Source: Lytechinus pictus (Eukaryota). Taken from it: a DNA stretch of 60,000 nucleotides. The notes under the pieces were generated by a model, which was not told the DNA's origin, searched no databases, and saw only the letters and a list, made by a program, of their open reading frames with translations. Location of the stretch: NCBI RefSeq assembly GCF_037042905.1, contig NC_087252.1, forward strand, positions 2,172,001-2,232,000, read 5' to 3'. A program made the translations under genes and the position numbers. This document shows, one piece after another, positions 40,101-54,600 of this stretch; the first letter of the stretch is position 1; each line of letters opens with the position of its first letter.

Positions 40101-43100
40101 GCTCCATAACTTGGGGGGGGGGGGTAAGAAGGAAAGAAATGAAAGGAAATGGGTGAAATATGATTTGATCTGTTGAATATTATGTTAAAATATATCACAA
40201 GATTCGATTCCCATGTAAAAGAGGCAAATATTTCGCTTGCTGTTTTCACTCGACGTCTTAGAAAAATTTCTAACATTCAAGGTGTTGTGCCCAATGAAAA
40301 TAATTGTCTCATGCCACCGGTAATCACTACATCATTGTGACATATTGGCTTGATACTGACGGGCTAGACTTTCCAAATAATACCAAAACATGAAAATGAA
40401 TTTCATTATCTGAAAGTAATTCCATTCATCCATTATAATTTCACGACCACCGAATAATTTGTAGCAGTCAGAATAAATCAATTTGCAATTTTCTTCACTG
40501 TAGGTAAAAGTGATGTCGAGGAGTCAGAGCTATTGGTGCAAATAATGAAAGTACAAGGTTAGTGTAGCACGAAAACACATTCGCTATTTGAAGGAACCTC
40601 TTTTAATCACGATTCCACATCTCCATTATCTAAATAGATGGCACCACGCCGACACACTTGTTGTAAAGCACACATCGTAGTCCAAGAATTGTATAATTTC
40701 AAGAGGATATAACTTTAAATCGAAAAAAGTGTATCAAATTCACCACAATATTGCTCAAAGGTGACACATCTAACATGGCTTCCAAAAACGTAAAAAAAAT
40801 ACTTCTTTATCAAGTGTTCCGTAATGTACTGCGATACAAGAAACGAAAATGCACGTATTATCTTAATTGATGGGGGAAAAACGGTATTTAAAAACAAGCG
40901 CAGTGTAAATCATAACAAGTTTACAAGGTAGTAGTACATCATGTCTTTATTAAAGATCAAGCATAACAAAAACCAGGCCCGGCAACCTATCAGGTTGGCC
41001 GGCAGGTTAAATTTACATTATTACATGATACATAAATCAGAGTACATTATACATTACAATCATAATACATTATTATTACTGTTTGATACAGTAACATAAC
41101 GATTATAACATTAACTATCTAAAATACAATACAAATAAATTCAAACAACGATGAATGCATTCACATGGTATACAGTAAGATAGAGAGATAGTGAGAGATA
41201 GAGAAAAATAGAGGGGAAAAGAAGTAACAGAGGGGAAGAGTGAGAGAAAGAAACAAAAAAGGCATTATATAGACGGGATCGAGGGAGAGAGAGGGGGAGA
41301 AGGGGAGGGAGTGGAAGAAATAGAAGAAAAAGCGGTAAAGGGAAAGAGAAGAGAGATCGGAATAATATATCATTTACTGATCAGTACAGTATACAACATT
41401 GTCATGAAATGGCAAAAATATGTGGATGTAGATCCAAACGGTCGTAACAATAAAGATTCAAACACGTGGCACTGGGGAGGTAGCATAAAGGGAGATCGGG
41501 AGGGGGAGAGAGATAGAGAGGGAGGGAAAGAGAGTGATACCCCTTTCATAAACTCAATAATACCCCTTTCATAAACCCAATAAAACACAATTATGCGGCT
41601 AATAGCAGCATAATTTGGTCGTAAAATCAGAGGAGGACAAGAGTTATCCGCATTATTCTGATGCTGCTATTATCCGCATAATAGCGGCATCGGGACAAGA
41701 TTTTGAGTTTATGAACGTATTTCCAAATAATGCGGATAATTGCCATGGTGCGGTCACAAGGTCACCCTTTTCCAACACAACCGCATTGGAGGGGGCGTGT
41801 CCAGTTGTCATGACGATTATCCGCCTTTTTCAGGACGGGCACTCGTAAAAAATAATTTATGGAGTTTGTGAACGCAATTTTTATTGAATTATCCGCATTA
41901 CTCTTAGGCGGCTAATTGGAGGATATGTTTTATTGGGTTTATGAAAGGGGTATAAAACACAATTATGCGGCTAATAGCAGCATAATTTGGTCGTAAAATA
42001 AGAGGAGGACAAGAGTTATCCGCATTATTCTGATGCTGCTATTATCCGCATAATAGCGGCATCGGGACAAGATTTTGAGTTTATGAACGTATTTCCAAAT
42101 AATGCGGATAATTGCCATGGTGCGGTCACAAGGTCACCCTTTTCCAACACAACCGCATTGGAGGGGGCGTGTCCAGTTGTCATGACGATTATCCGCCTTT
42201 TTCAGGACGGGCGCTCGTAAAAATAATTTATGGAGTTTGTGAACGCAATTTTTATTGAATTATCCGCATTACTCTTAGGCGGCTAATTGGAGGATATGTT
42301 TTATTGGGTTTATGAAAGGGGTATGAGACTGAGTTTGGGTAGAAGTAAGGGGGGGGGGGGTAGAAAATGGAACAATACCACCGTAACTTGTATACGAACA
42401 TGATGGTATGTTGGATTGAATAACAGATTTAAATATGCGTTTATATAATCAGATTGGCAAATTAAGAAACAGTAGATATATATTTAACTTTAAGTTATAT
42501 AAAAATATATTATACTTTCATGTATTGGTCAATCTGCCATGTTGGCTCACGCCTGCCTTGAAATATTACGTAAGAATAAAAAAAAAACAGTCTTGTCTAA
42601 TTGGTCCCTAAAATCTGGATATCTTTCTGAGTGGGTACTGAGATTGAGTATTTATTTTGGGGGGTTATTATACCACGTGAACCAATTTCAATGCATATGA
42701 GATTGCTCTTCTAACCTGTTGCCGTGATGTCGTGTACGAGTCCTGCGTAACTGTCTTCTTTACGTTGATGTGCGTTTTCAATATTTGTTTCGAATGGTAC
42801 AGTAAGTTCGATGATGGTGATGGTTTTATTATTGTTGTCAAAGTAGCAAATATCAGGTTTTTGTTGGGTTGGTATTATGTGTGGTGGTACGGTGCCCCCG
42901 TTGATACTTTCCCCTTCGATGTCTGCATAAACTCTGTTGGTATTGCTTGTGGTGGGTTTTATGTTTTTAGTACGATGTGTATTATGTTGTTATGGCGCCA
43001 GGTATATCGGTCGAGCATCTTTTCGCAATTGTTGAGAACATGGTGTAAAGTACCAGTAGAGTTACAAAGATTAAATTTGTCTGAGATTCTTTTCCCCCAA

Positions 43101-46100
43101 CGGTACAGATTTTTGTTTGTAGGGAGACTATCAATTGCTGCATTAACCATGAATTTCATAATACCCTGTGGTACATTATATATAATCGATTTCCATGTCA
43201 CATCGGTAGTTTCCATATGAACAACCTTCATGAATTCTCCCTGTACCAGAAGTGGTTCGATCAACTTTATCCACTCTTCTCTACAGTCTTCTCTAATTGA
43301 TTTTTTTATATGGGTCTTTGCCTGGTTCCAATTCAAAGAGTACGATACTTTAAGGTGAGTTTCATGTGCATCTACCGTGAAGGACATTTGCCTTGACCAT
43401 TCACTTTCCCTCTCTAGTCTGCGGTCGAGGGCGTGGTTTACGATCTCATCACCTTTCATCCTGGATCTGCTATAAGCCAGGCAATGGCATATTCGGTAGA
43501 GGTCGGAAATGGTAGGTATGTTCAGTCCATCAGGATCGTGTACCACAGCTATATTTGCACCGCGATGAGGTATTCCGAACCATAATTTAAGATACTTATC
43601 TAATATTACATCGAGCGATTTAGATGTGTGGCATTAATGCCATGAACACTAAGCATATACCGAAGTGAGGGGAGTGCATATCTGGTAAGTATACAAACTT
43701 TATATTCGTTTCTGATATTACTTTTGCTAATGCTCTCAAGCATAACTTCTAGATTTTCCTTCATATAATCATATACTTCAGAAGCTTTCATCGAGAATAT
43801 AATAAGCGAACCCAGGAATTTAACTCGTTGGCCATGAACCGATGATATTACTTCGGTTCCAATAGTAAAGTTTACAATATTTGGTTTACCGCTTGTTAGG
43901 GAAAGAGATGAACACTTTCTGGGCTTCAGTGTCAACCCCATACTTTCCAATCGTTCGTTAATGCCATTCATGAGCTTTTGATGTTGTAGCTTGTTCCCGG
44001 TTATTAAGTTAAAGTCATCCGCGAATGGTGTTGTGATAATTCTTCTGTCCCCCTTGCGTACCCGAACTGATCATGCTGATTCTGTTGTTCCGCGAGGTAC
44101 TCCAAAATAGGGTTGAAGCATATAAGGAAGATTGTGGGCGAGAGGGGATCCTCCTGAAAAACCCCGCGTCTGAAAACAAAAGGAGTTGTTTGCCATCCGG
44201 GACCTCGTACGCTGCCGTTGAGCCGTGAGTATAGCGTTGCTATGTATCGTGCAACTGGCGTGGGTATTACGTAACGCTCCATTGAAGATGCAATCAGCTG
44301 GTGGCTTACGCTGCCAAAAGCGTCTGCCAAATCCAAAAATGTAACATGGAGCGATATTTTCTTACATTTTGCGTCCCTTAGTATTTCATGAAGAACAATA
44401 TTATGTTCGATGCATCCGTTTACCCCGTCGATAAAGGCTTTCTGAATTGTTTTGTCGATTAGATTATTTTCGCTGAGATAGGACGTTGTTCTTTCGGCAA
44501 TAATCTGATGGAATATTTTGCTGATACAGGAGGTTAACGAAATCATACGAAAGTTTTCTGGCTTACTAGTATCCCCAGACTTGTGGACCAGCTTTCGGGT
44601 GGGTCTCCAGAGTCGAGAATTTTATTATATAGGGTTGCCAAAAAGTGGTGCACAGAGTCCAAGTGTTTCAACATTCCATACATCAGACAATCATTCCCGG
44701 GGGCCGATGTAGCTTTTTTGCGTTTTAAAATTGCTTTTACGTCTCTCGGTGTAATTGGACTCATGTCGAAATCATAACGACCTGGGGAGTTAATATTCAC
44801 AAATGGGAACCATTGCAGTGAACCTATGTCAATAACGTTGGGCGTACTATATTTGTCTCCAAAATATTTGTTGGCGATTTCTTCAGAAAATGTTGGCTTA
44901 AGTGTTGCCTCATGGAGCGATCCAGTGCAGGCAGCTTTCGAAAATTTGTAAAAGTTATTTCGACATCTCTTTTCCACGTGCGCTCTAGATTTATCATATT
45001 TATTCTGTTTATCCTATTTTCTCAAATATGATACCGTCTTAACAGCCTCTCTAAATGCTTTTCTGTCCTCGGCTGTTCCATTTTTTCCGAATGCCCTTTT
45101 CCGAAGGACATTCTTACACTTTCGGGCTTGGGTTAATGATTTCGGTTCATGCTCTATATACGTTTCGCTCAAATTCTTCTCAATGAATTCATCTTGATCG
45201 CTAAAGTAATCGGTCAGGGTACTTGTTAGGGATTCTGCTGCGGACTTAGGGGTAACAATGCCGGCGCCAAGATCATGATGTAGCGATGTTAAACGGTTTT
45301 TTTTATCTCAGCATTGTGGGGTTGCCATTCCGTGGGGCTCATTTGTGGGATGTTGAATCTCAAGCAATTTGCCCGGAATGGAAAGCATAGTAGTAACGCT
45401 CCAATAACCACGTACGAATGCATTACGATAGTAACTTGATTCGCCGCCGGTAGAAGTAGGGTAGGAAAAACGAGAGTTCCGATAAAGTACAGATGAATAT
45501 ACTTGCAAGAGACGTACCTTTTTTTCTAATTTGAATCCCTGTTTACGGAAAAAGTCCACGAAACGTATGATGAGTAACCACAATAACTACAGATGCCAGA
45601 TGATACACATATGAAAAATAACACAAATAACGATGTTGTAGACATAATGTATTGAACTACTATTTTACACATTTCCTATTGACAGGGGTTGTCTCTTTTT
45701 ATGAACTGTGGCTACTGGCCTATGACACTCCGAAAGATAAGATGGCGAATGTATATACTGCTCTTGTTAAGCTGGGTATTACCAATATCAAGAGACAACT
45801 GGATAGCGGACTTGTGTATGATGCTCTTTGTGAATGGAAAGAGAGATCATATGTACGTGACCAACCACAGATGTTAAGAGATGCCTTAGAGGTCGTGGGC
45901 CTTGAGACTAGATGGCAAGAGATTTATGGTATGTATTTACCTTTCTTCCATTCAATATTAACAAAAAACATTTTAATTTTCCAAACAACATGCCCTTTAC
46001 CAAGGGGTTTTACACCCGGACAAGTAAGGGGTGTCCAAATATTCCCTTTACTTCGACGCATTTTCATCGTTTCATCATTTAAATGCATTATTTGGGCTTC

Positions 46101-48648
46101 AACAATGTTCTATGTATTACTTTCGATATTTCCCCCTATATAGACCAAGTACGACATGTCAGTGATTCTAACAAAGTACCAGAAGGAACATTCGAACAAA
46201 TCCTGCTTGACTTGAAAGGCAAAAAAGCAATAAAAAAGTTCATAAATAACTTGTTTCCACGAGAAAGTATAGTTACAGAAACTGTGACAACCATTTCAAC
46301 TCATGACAGTGAAGAGGACAAGGAAAAGACTGCGAGTCAAGAGGACAAGATGGACATGGAAGACTCAGCTTCCGCCAAAGAAATCACGCAAGGAGAAGTC
46401 GCCAAGACAACGTTAGGTGCTGAATACATTGAAGGCATGCGAAAGTTGAAGGAATTGAATAAATGCCCTTTCAAACAGAATCCGTTTGTTCTAGTTAGTC
46501 GTGCTCTCGAGAGAGCAGGGTATCTCCATATTTCAAAGAGCTTTTTTGATGGTGAGTCGCTATTTCACATATCTGATACAACTAAAACGGTGCACTGAAA
46601 CTGTGATGTGATGAACTGAGTTTTCGTTTGCGATCATAAAGAATACCCCCCAAAGATAATATTTTGTGATTTGGGGGAAACGCTTCCCTTAACAAAAAGA
46701 AATAAGCTAGGTTTAACTTCAACAGTAGCGTCTTCGTGATTATAGTGGTTTCAGGACTACACTTTGTAGTGTCTTCATGTTTTATTCCTCTTTAATAGTA
46801 AGAGGGGTTTATTGTATATGGTGATTTTAGGGGAGCAACATTTAATATAGTGGATTGTATTGATTTGAAGGTTCAACAGAATAGTACGTTGTGATGATTG
46901 ATAAGTACACATACAACCTAACTGACAGAACAAGCCTACATAATCTACCGTTTTAATAATACTTTATGGGTCATATTGTACATAGGCATAATAAAGGGGT
47001 GTCTAAGGAAGGCATTATTTTATTACCCCTTGTTTGCCAATATAAGACATAAATAAAATATATTTCGTAATGTTGTCCTTCAATATGAATGTACTTATAA
47101 CCCATTCCAATGCAGGCCCTGTATCATATTATGAGCTTAGATCATTAATGTACGATGTAAACACAGCTAGCCTAGAGAAGTTAAGACAAACAATTTGCAA
47201 GCTGGGACCCGATGAGACGAATACACTTGAATTTGGACCACAACAAATCTATGACTCACTATGTCAATGGAAAGAGGGCCACCCTCATGTAGACCAAGGA
47301 AAGATATTACATGATGCGCTTTTAAGAGCCGGGCATGATAAGGCATGGTTGAAAATCCTTGGTAAGTTATCTTTTTCTGGGGAATTTTTTTTTTTCAAAT
47401 TAAATACCTGTACTTTCGGAAACGACCCATACACATTCTTTTAATGCTTTAATTTCCATGTATATTAAAGCCCAACAATAAAGAAGTATTATTCCATCGA
47501 CTCCAAAATAACCCTATACTCCAAATAAACGAAATGAAAATATTGAAAGTGATAAATCAGGAAAAAAGAAAGAAATATAATATAAAAAGAAGCTCCATGA
47601 AATGGAACAACCAGATGGACCGTAGCCCCATGTGTGATTTTAATGATTGAAATTTTTAACAGCCCGTAGTCCTCCTAAAATATATTATTATTTCTACCAT
47701 GAAAAAAATCTTTAGTGCAGATTTTGTGCATATTTTGAAATTTCTTTTCGCATTTAATACAACAGCAATGAATTGAACAATAAAAATTGTTGGATATGTA
47801 CATATCTCGTTTTACCCTAATAGAGCAGATAACGCAATTAACTTCTCATAAATTTTCCCTTATAAGAGCAAAGAAAGGATAATTCAGATGTATCTGAAAG
47901 TACATTCAAGCAGATACTCCGTGATGTCAAAGATCCAGCAAAGATCAAACAGCTCCTGCAAAAGCTAGACCCAGACTTAGCTAAAGATGTTGTTCCCTCC
48001 AATAGAATTATATTGCTAAGCCGTGCCTTGGAGAATGCTAACTGCAAGCCAGTTGACAGGACATTTTTCTACGGTAAGAAGTGTTTGACCCAACATTCTT
48101 TCAACCATTGTTCTCTAAAAGTATACGTGGGAAATTAAAATAAGTTTTCTATATAATACCTTACGGGTATGCAAGTCTTTCTCTGGATAACTAAAAAAAA
48201 CATGACACTGGGCGACTGGCTAATAAATATGAACATTCATTATTCCATCAATTTCACATAAATTTCATATTTTTAATTTATATTCCATTTCATATTCCGC
48301 ATTAGTTTATACAAAAAAAGATTAATCTCTGCAATATTCATTTTTATTCAAATCAGAAAAAATTTCCTACTTAGAACTATGGTCAATAGTTCATTTCGAC
48401 TATGATACTGGTGCGATAACGTTACCATTACGTGAGGCTTTAAAGGCAATGGGAATACTAGGTATCGGAGAGACAATTAGCCAGTATGAGCTTTATCATC
48501 TTCTTTGCAAATGGAAGGAAGAACACTCTAATTGCGACCAACGTCTGGTGTTCAAAGTTCATTTGCTTAACGAAGGACTTCAAAAAGAATGGGAAAATCT
48601 CAGTGGTAAGTGAAATGGATCTATTGTAGTTCGAATAAAAAAACATAA

Positions 48649-48694
<46 letters not shown>

Positions 48695-51600
48695 CATTTT
48701 TAAAGGAATGTATTCTAATAACGGCACGGAAGAGGGTAGGGGAATGACAGATAAGAAATTATAGGTAAAAAGTTAATTCTCCCACCACGCACATCGTCGG
48801 TTCTCTAATTAGTAATAAAAGCCAGGTCTAAGTGGAATTTGCGTAACGCGCGTGTGTGTGTATGTTGATTATGTGGAAGGTTCCATGACATTTGCTCAGG
48901 CGACAATTTCTCCGCTTTATATTCCCCATACTATTCAAATGGCCAATTTCAACCCTATGTTTAACACTTTCCCCTACCCTAACCCTAACCGTAAACATAA
49001 CATAATACCATATTGCAAACCTAACCCTATAACTTTAACTAAAATAATTTGAAGCCTTGAGCAATTGTCGCATAAACAAATGTCGTGTCACCGTGCGGAA
49101 AGGGGATAGGCGGTACAGTTTTTAATTAGACTACTTTTGTAATTTTGTCAACTCTGTAATGAAATAGGCTGAATATTTATGCATGACATGGAGACCCCCT
49201 CCTCAATATTACAGATCTAAGGTGTGGAACAGACCGGATCATTGCTAATGATACACTGGAACAAATATTGTGGCACTTGAAATCTCCAGGAAAGATCAAC
49301 GACTTTCTTTATAAGCTGACTAATACCGACCAAGAAACAATACCTGAAGATTCAAATCCTTTCGATAACATCAGGATTGCTCTAGCTAGATTAGAGCTAT
49401 GGAAGAAGGGCCCCATTACTAAACATCCTGTGATTTTGTTGAGCGACGCGCTGGAATCAGCAGAGTGCTCTAACCTTGCCATGGCTTTCTTTCAGGGTAA
49501 TTATATGAAGAACGAAGGATCAGTCTTGTCTATTTATTCAACCATATAATGATATCAGATATTGAAGTGAATTTATTACCAAATATCGCTGTCAGGTACA
49601 ATTAGAAGGAATAGTACATCACATATAAACAAAACATTTGGTAATTGGGGCTAACATAATATCAAGATGCTAATCGAGGTTAGCCCCAAATAATGTCATT
49701 TTCATAGTTTAAACAATAAATTTAACTAAATCTCAATATTGTACATCAAATTCAGTACTAATTCTACTTATTACTGTTGCAGAAAATATCGCATTCGTAA
49801 ATTAAAAAAAATACAAAAAACGCCTACAGGAGGAGTGTTCCAAAAAATATTACATATGAAAAGATTTCAGAAAGTTAAATGAGCAACAAATTCCTTTTTC
49901 TTTCACCATTCCAAAAATAAAGAGAGAAGTAACTGAAAAATAACAATTGATCGTTATAACATCAATAACATGAGAGAGAGAGAGAGAGAAAAAGAAACTT
50001 TACACCTCACCTGTTCAGAGAGTTTTCTTAAAAACACATTAAATGAATTTACAGTTTATTTCGTTAAATGGGGCGAGGGTGTCAATAGTTGAGTTAACCA
50101 GGTAAATCAAATAAAAGGTAAAAATATAACAAATAGAGCCAATAGAGACACAACACGAGAATTGTATATAGTGAGTCGGTGAAAATGGTTTTGTGCTTGT
50201 GTACAGTCTTGCAAGCAGTATATTTAATATATATATAAGACGTTTGTCTTAAAATCACCTTAGAATCTTAGAGTATCAGTAGAAAATATTTTTATCTGAC
50301 ATCTTATTAAACAATTGCAAAGTGACCTTTCCACTTTAGAACATTCACTGGTAGATCCAGGGGTTTGGGGCAAAGCCCAGGGACCTATCCACGGAGGATT
50401 AGTCTATTGTTACCGGGGGTGCTGAGCATTGTCACAGCACCCCCAGTAACAATAGATTATCATCCGTGGATAGGTCTTGGCAAAGCCGGCCCGTGCCCCC
50501 CCCCCCTTTGAGAGCCATAATTAAAATCTGCAATGTAAAAATGCCGTTAAATTAGGCATGTATCTCCCCCCCCCCCCCTTTGTGGAAGTGAAGACTTTAC
50601 AAAGTAAAGTAAAGTAAATTTACAACTTTTACATGAACAGATGGACCGATGGACTTTCACGGGCAAGGCTTTTATTGTAATATCTTTACATTGACATTAT
50701 CGAAATAAACTATATATTAAGTCCTTATCCCCCTTTAGTACCAGTTCATCTCCAAAAGTCTATTGGGGATGAAGAAGTAAGTGAATTCGTCCGCAGACTT
50801 ACAGGCAGGCATCGCAAGCGATTGGCAAACGAGACACCACTGACTGAAGACAAGAAAATATCAAACTTTGCAGAGGAAAACAATGAACAGTTGTTTGATG
50901 CAAAATCTATGGTTCGAGACTGGATTGAAAGTGAACAATGCAGTAATTATGACAGGAGATGTAAACTGGATGACATGCTGATCAAAATTGGTCGACATGA
51001 TATGACAGGTAAAGATACCATCAGAAATATTGTGATTGACCTATCACATCTATATTTGTATTACTTTTGAATAGTCTGTACTTAAAAAAGAAGGGCCATA
51101 ATTTCATTCAACAGTAGCTATTTCTCACCGCGATTGCATATATATTAATAAATATAATATAAAAAATAAATAATGATGATGCCAATGACGATGACGACGA
51201 CGATCATAATAATAATAGTGATAATAATGATAGTAATATTATTTGAAAATATAGCGCAACTATTTGCATATATTTTATTGCGCTGTAAGAGTTCCCTTGA
51301 TGCTATACAATAAATAGGTTTTAATTTAGAGTACATGGATAATTTATCGCCCTCATTTCATGATATGAAAATGAAATGCAAATTGCTGTTTGTATTTCTG
51401 AAAACTCTTGTTATCGGTAGATTTTTTCGGCACAATTCAGTTTCGGCGAAATACAGATCCCGAACTATCGGCAAAAGTGCATCCGGAGTCAAAAGTATTC
51501 CGTAAGTGTTTATTCAATATCTTTCTTTATAATAATTATATTCAGTTTTAGATAAGGCAACTGTAGGACGATAAACATTTGAAAGACTTTAATCAGAACT

Positions 51601-54600
51601 GTTATCATGTCTAAGATATATTATATATATATATTTTTTTAATCGTGATGCAGGATTCTCTCTTTATTAGTTTTATAACAGAAAGGGCTACCCTAAGTAA
51701 AATTGAAAGGAATAAATACATATTATTGTTTAATTACTCAACCTTCTTACTCACTTTGTAGAACATATATATCACGTCTATGACAATAATGCAGTATGTC
51801 TAACAATCTTATACTTTGTCTTTTGAAATGGCTGCAAAAAGAAAGATGAAACATGATTTTGGGGAGAAAGTTTTAATGTTTGAGAAACCAATTGAACTCA
51901 CTTCATACGACGTCAAGTGGATATTAAAGTAATGAAAATTAGGTTTTGCAGGAATTAATTAGGGTTTCAGCATGGACTATATTTCCGACCTTTTGGGTGA
52001 CAGGCTGAAATTATAAAGTCATTGAGCTATCAATATATTTAAACCTCCTCTCCAAGAATCATGAGTTTGTTATGTAACACCCCGTTAAAACTTTTAATTT
52101 CTTAATTATAATGTTAAAACTTTTGATTTCTTAATTATAATGTGGAAACAACTGTGGATCTAATATATCTGCATTATTATAGATCTTGCGACGATTTTTG
52201 ACGATGATTTGATCCGATTAAGAATGCTAATGACTTGCCTTGACGAAGACATGATGGAAAGGATGTGCGAGAAAGTAGGTTTACCTCCAGATGTAGAAGG
52301 ATCGAACAAGCATAGTTTCGACATTATGTATATTCGACGATGGAGAGACAGTCACCTGCAGTATACAGTAAGAGAAGTCTTCTCAGAAATAACTGGATTC
52401 ATGACGAATAAAACGAAAGGTAACGACCGAAGGGAGTCAGGTGGATGGCAGCTCCAGACTCTTTTTTGTGTGTGGATAAGTCTGTTTCAAGATATCAAAA
52501 TTGAGTGGTGTGTACAAGCAGCCAAGTAAACATATGTATTTTATGCTTAAGGAGGCAAAACATGTTTAAATTATTAATGGTATCCATAGTCTAAATTGTT
52601 GGAACATTTTTTTTATTGTATATATATAAATGTGAAGAACTGTGCTTATAACCTTCATTCGCAGATAAATACCTGATTAGATGAACCCTCTTTTAATACG
52701 ATTAAGATAAGAAAATAAAAATGAAAACAATACAAATCACATTGCACATCTATTGTACAAGTGATACAATTAGCTTTCTTAACGACCTAAATATGAAAAT
52801 TGAAAAGATAGTAATATCGCATATCAATCAAAATTCACATTTTCAGTAAACTTTGTAACGGATGAAGAACTTGATTGGCTGGCGTTTCAAGTGACAACCG
52901 ACGTCAAGGTGGAGAAATGTGCCTGGAAAAGATCAAAGATGTTTGCAAAAAAACTAAGGGGTGAGCTAATACATAGCCAATGATTTTCTTTTTTTTGACG
53001 GGGAAATGGAGAATGGCTTAATATTATGATAAAGACAGTATAGAAATGAACATTCCCATTATGACATTAACTATCATCTACACTTTAAAGTGAGTCTCAT
53101 ACACATATCACCATATATTTTACAATAAAATCCAATTCTAGTAACAATTTATATGAATTATTGCCCGAAAGAAGATATTTTCGATCGATTTGTGAAAATC
53201 GATGTTCTGTTTCATGTTGAATGCAAGATGTCATGACTAATTTATCTACTAAATGTATATCAGTATATTCTAACAAGTCTTTTACATCGAAGTATCATGA
53301 TTATTATTAAATGAAGCTACACACAGCTTATTGTCTGAAGAGCAGAATGGAGAGTCTCAACCTAAGTTTGAGCGATTACACTCACAAGAAGGAGCAGTCG
53401 AAGAAACAGCAGGTTCCCACAAAGAATCGCAGGAAGAAGATACATCATCGGATGCTCTGCTGCAACAACTGAAGTTATGGAGAAACAAGCATAAAGAGAA
53501 GAAATGTCGAAAGTCATTGAGATCAGCTTTGAAGCATGTAGGGCTAGAAGGTAAAAGCGATTTGAAGTTACATTAGAAACATCCTTTCTCTTTTTTTTTT
53601 CTTCAAAGGCTGCACACTCACGCGTTTCCTTGTTGTAATAATAGGACACCGGATTCCATGAAAAATGAAACCATCAAAATGTGAACAAAAATAATATTTT
53701 TAATGTACGGTATTTCAGAGTTTGAATAGATTGAATGTTTGTTATGTTCAGCCCTAATTGTTTGTAGTTCCACTTCATTTACCACCATATCATTTATTCA
53801 TATTTTGTTTGACACACGCTTTCCTTGTCATTCATATTATTCATTGGCTTTTAGTAACATGAATCCTGAGATTGATATGATTGTTATTATAAGTTTAAAT
53901 AAAATCCTATAATTAGTAAAAAATAATAATTTCAAGTACGATTTTTTTGGTTAGGAGTATTATACAAATAATGATCATCTATGCACATTTGATTGATCCC
54001 AATAGAATGCATCGTAAAAAAGACGCCACGGGAAAAGGTGTATGAAGTAGAGATTGTACGAGCAGCCTTTCACATATTGATGAGAGACGTTTACCCCGTC
54101 ATAGAAGCTCTGAATATAAACCAAAAGACGATTTCGAAGTACATGAGCCAGTGTTCTGTTCTAGACAAAGGATCAATGGATCTTCTGTTCAAGATTTGCA
54201 AAGGGACGGACAAATCGGGAAGCTACAATCGTCTTGATTTCTGTGTAAAGCTCACAAATATGGGTTATGTCGATGTTGCAAGATCTATATATTTAGGTAT
54301 GATATCACTGACACAGGGACTTAGGGGGGGGGGGTCACATTCCCCCCCCCCCCCAAAAAAAAATAAAAAAAATGACAAGCACAGCAAAGAGGTTTCACTA
54401 AAAATGATGGTTTTCGTCCCACGAAAAATTTGACAAGCACACTTGTATATGTGTGACATATTGACATTTAAAATATTGGGGGGGGGGGGGTTACGGGTGG
54501 GATGGATCTACCACTGCTCCCCAAGGAGTGGGAAATGGATAAATTTTGTACGGCCATGGATGTAGTAATCATAATGTAAAGCGGTTATAATCATTAAGTG

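Noticed and set aside
47116..48390. ITIM-like VSYYEL and ISYLEL motifs
   Set aside because: They fall in predicted helix 1 of folded modules and are not kept in paralog A (VSFYEL, MSYFEL).
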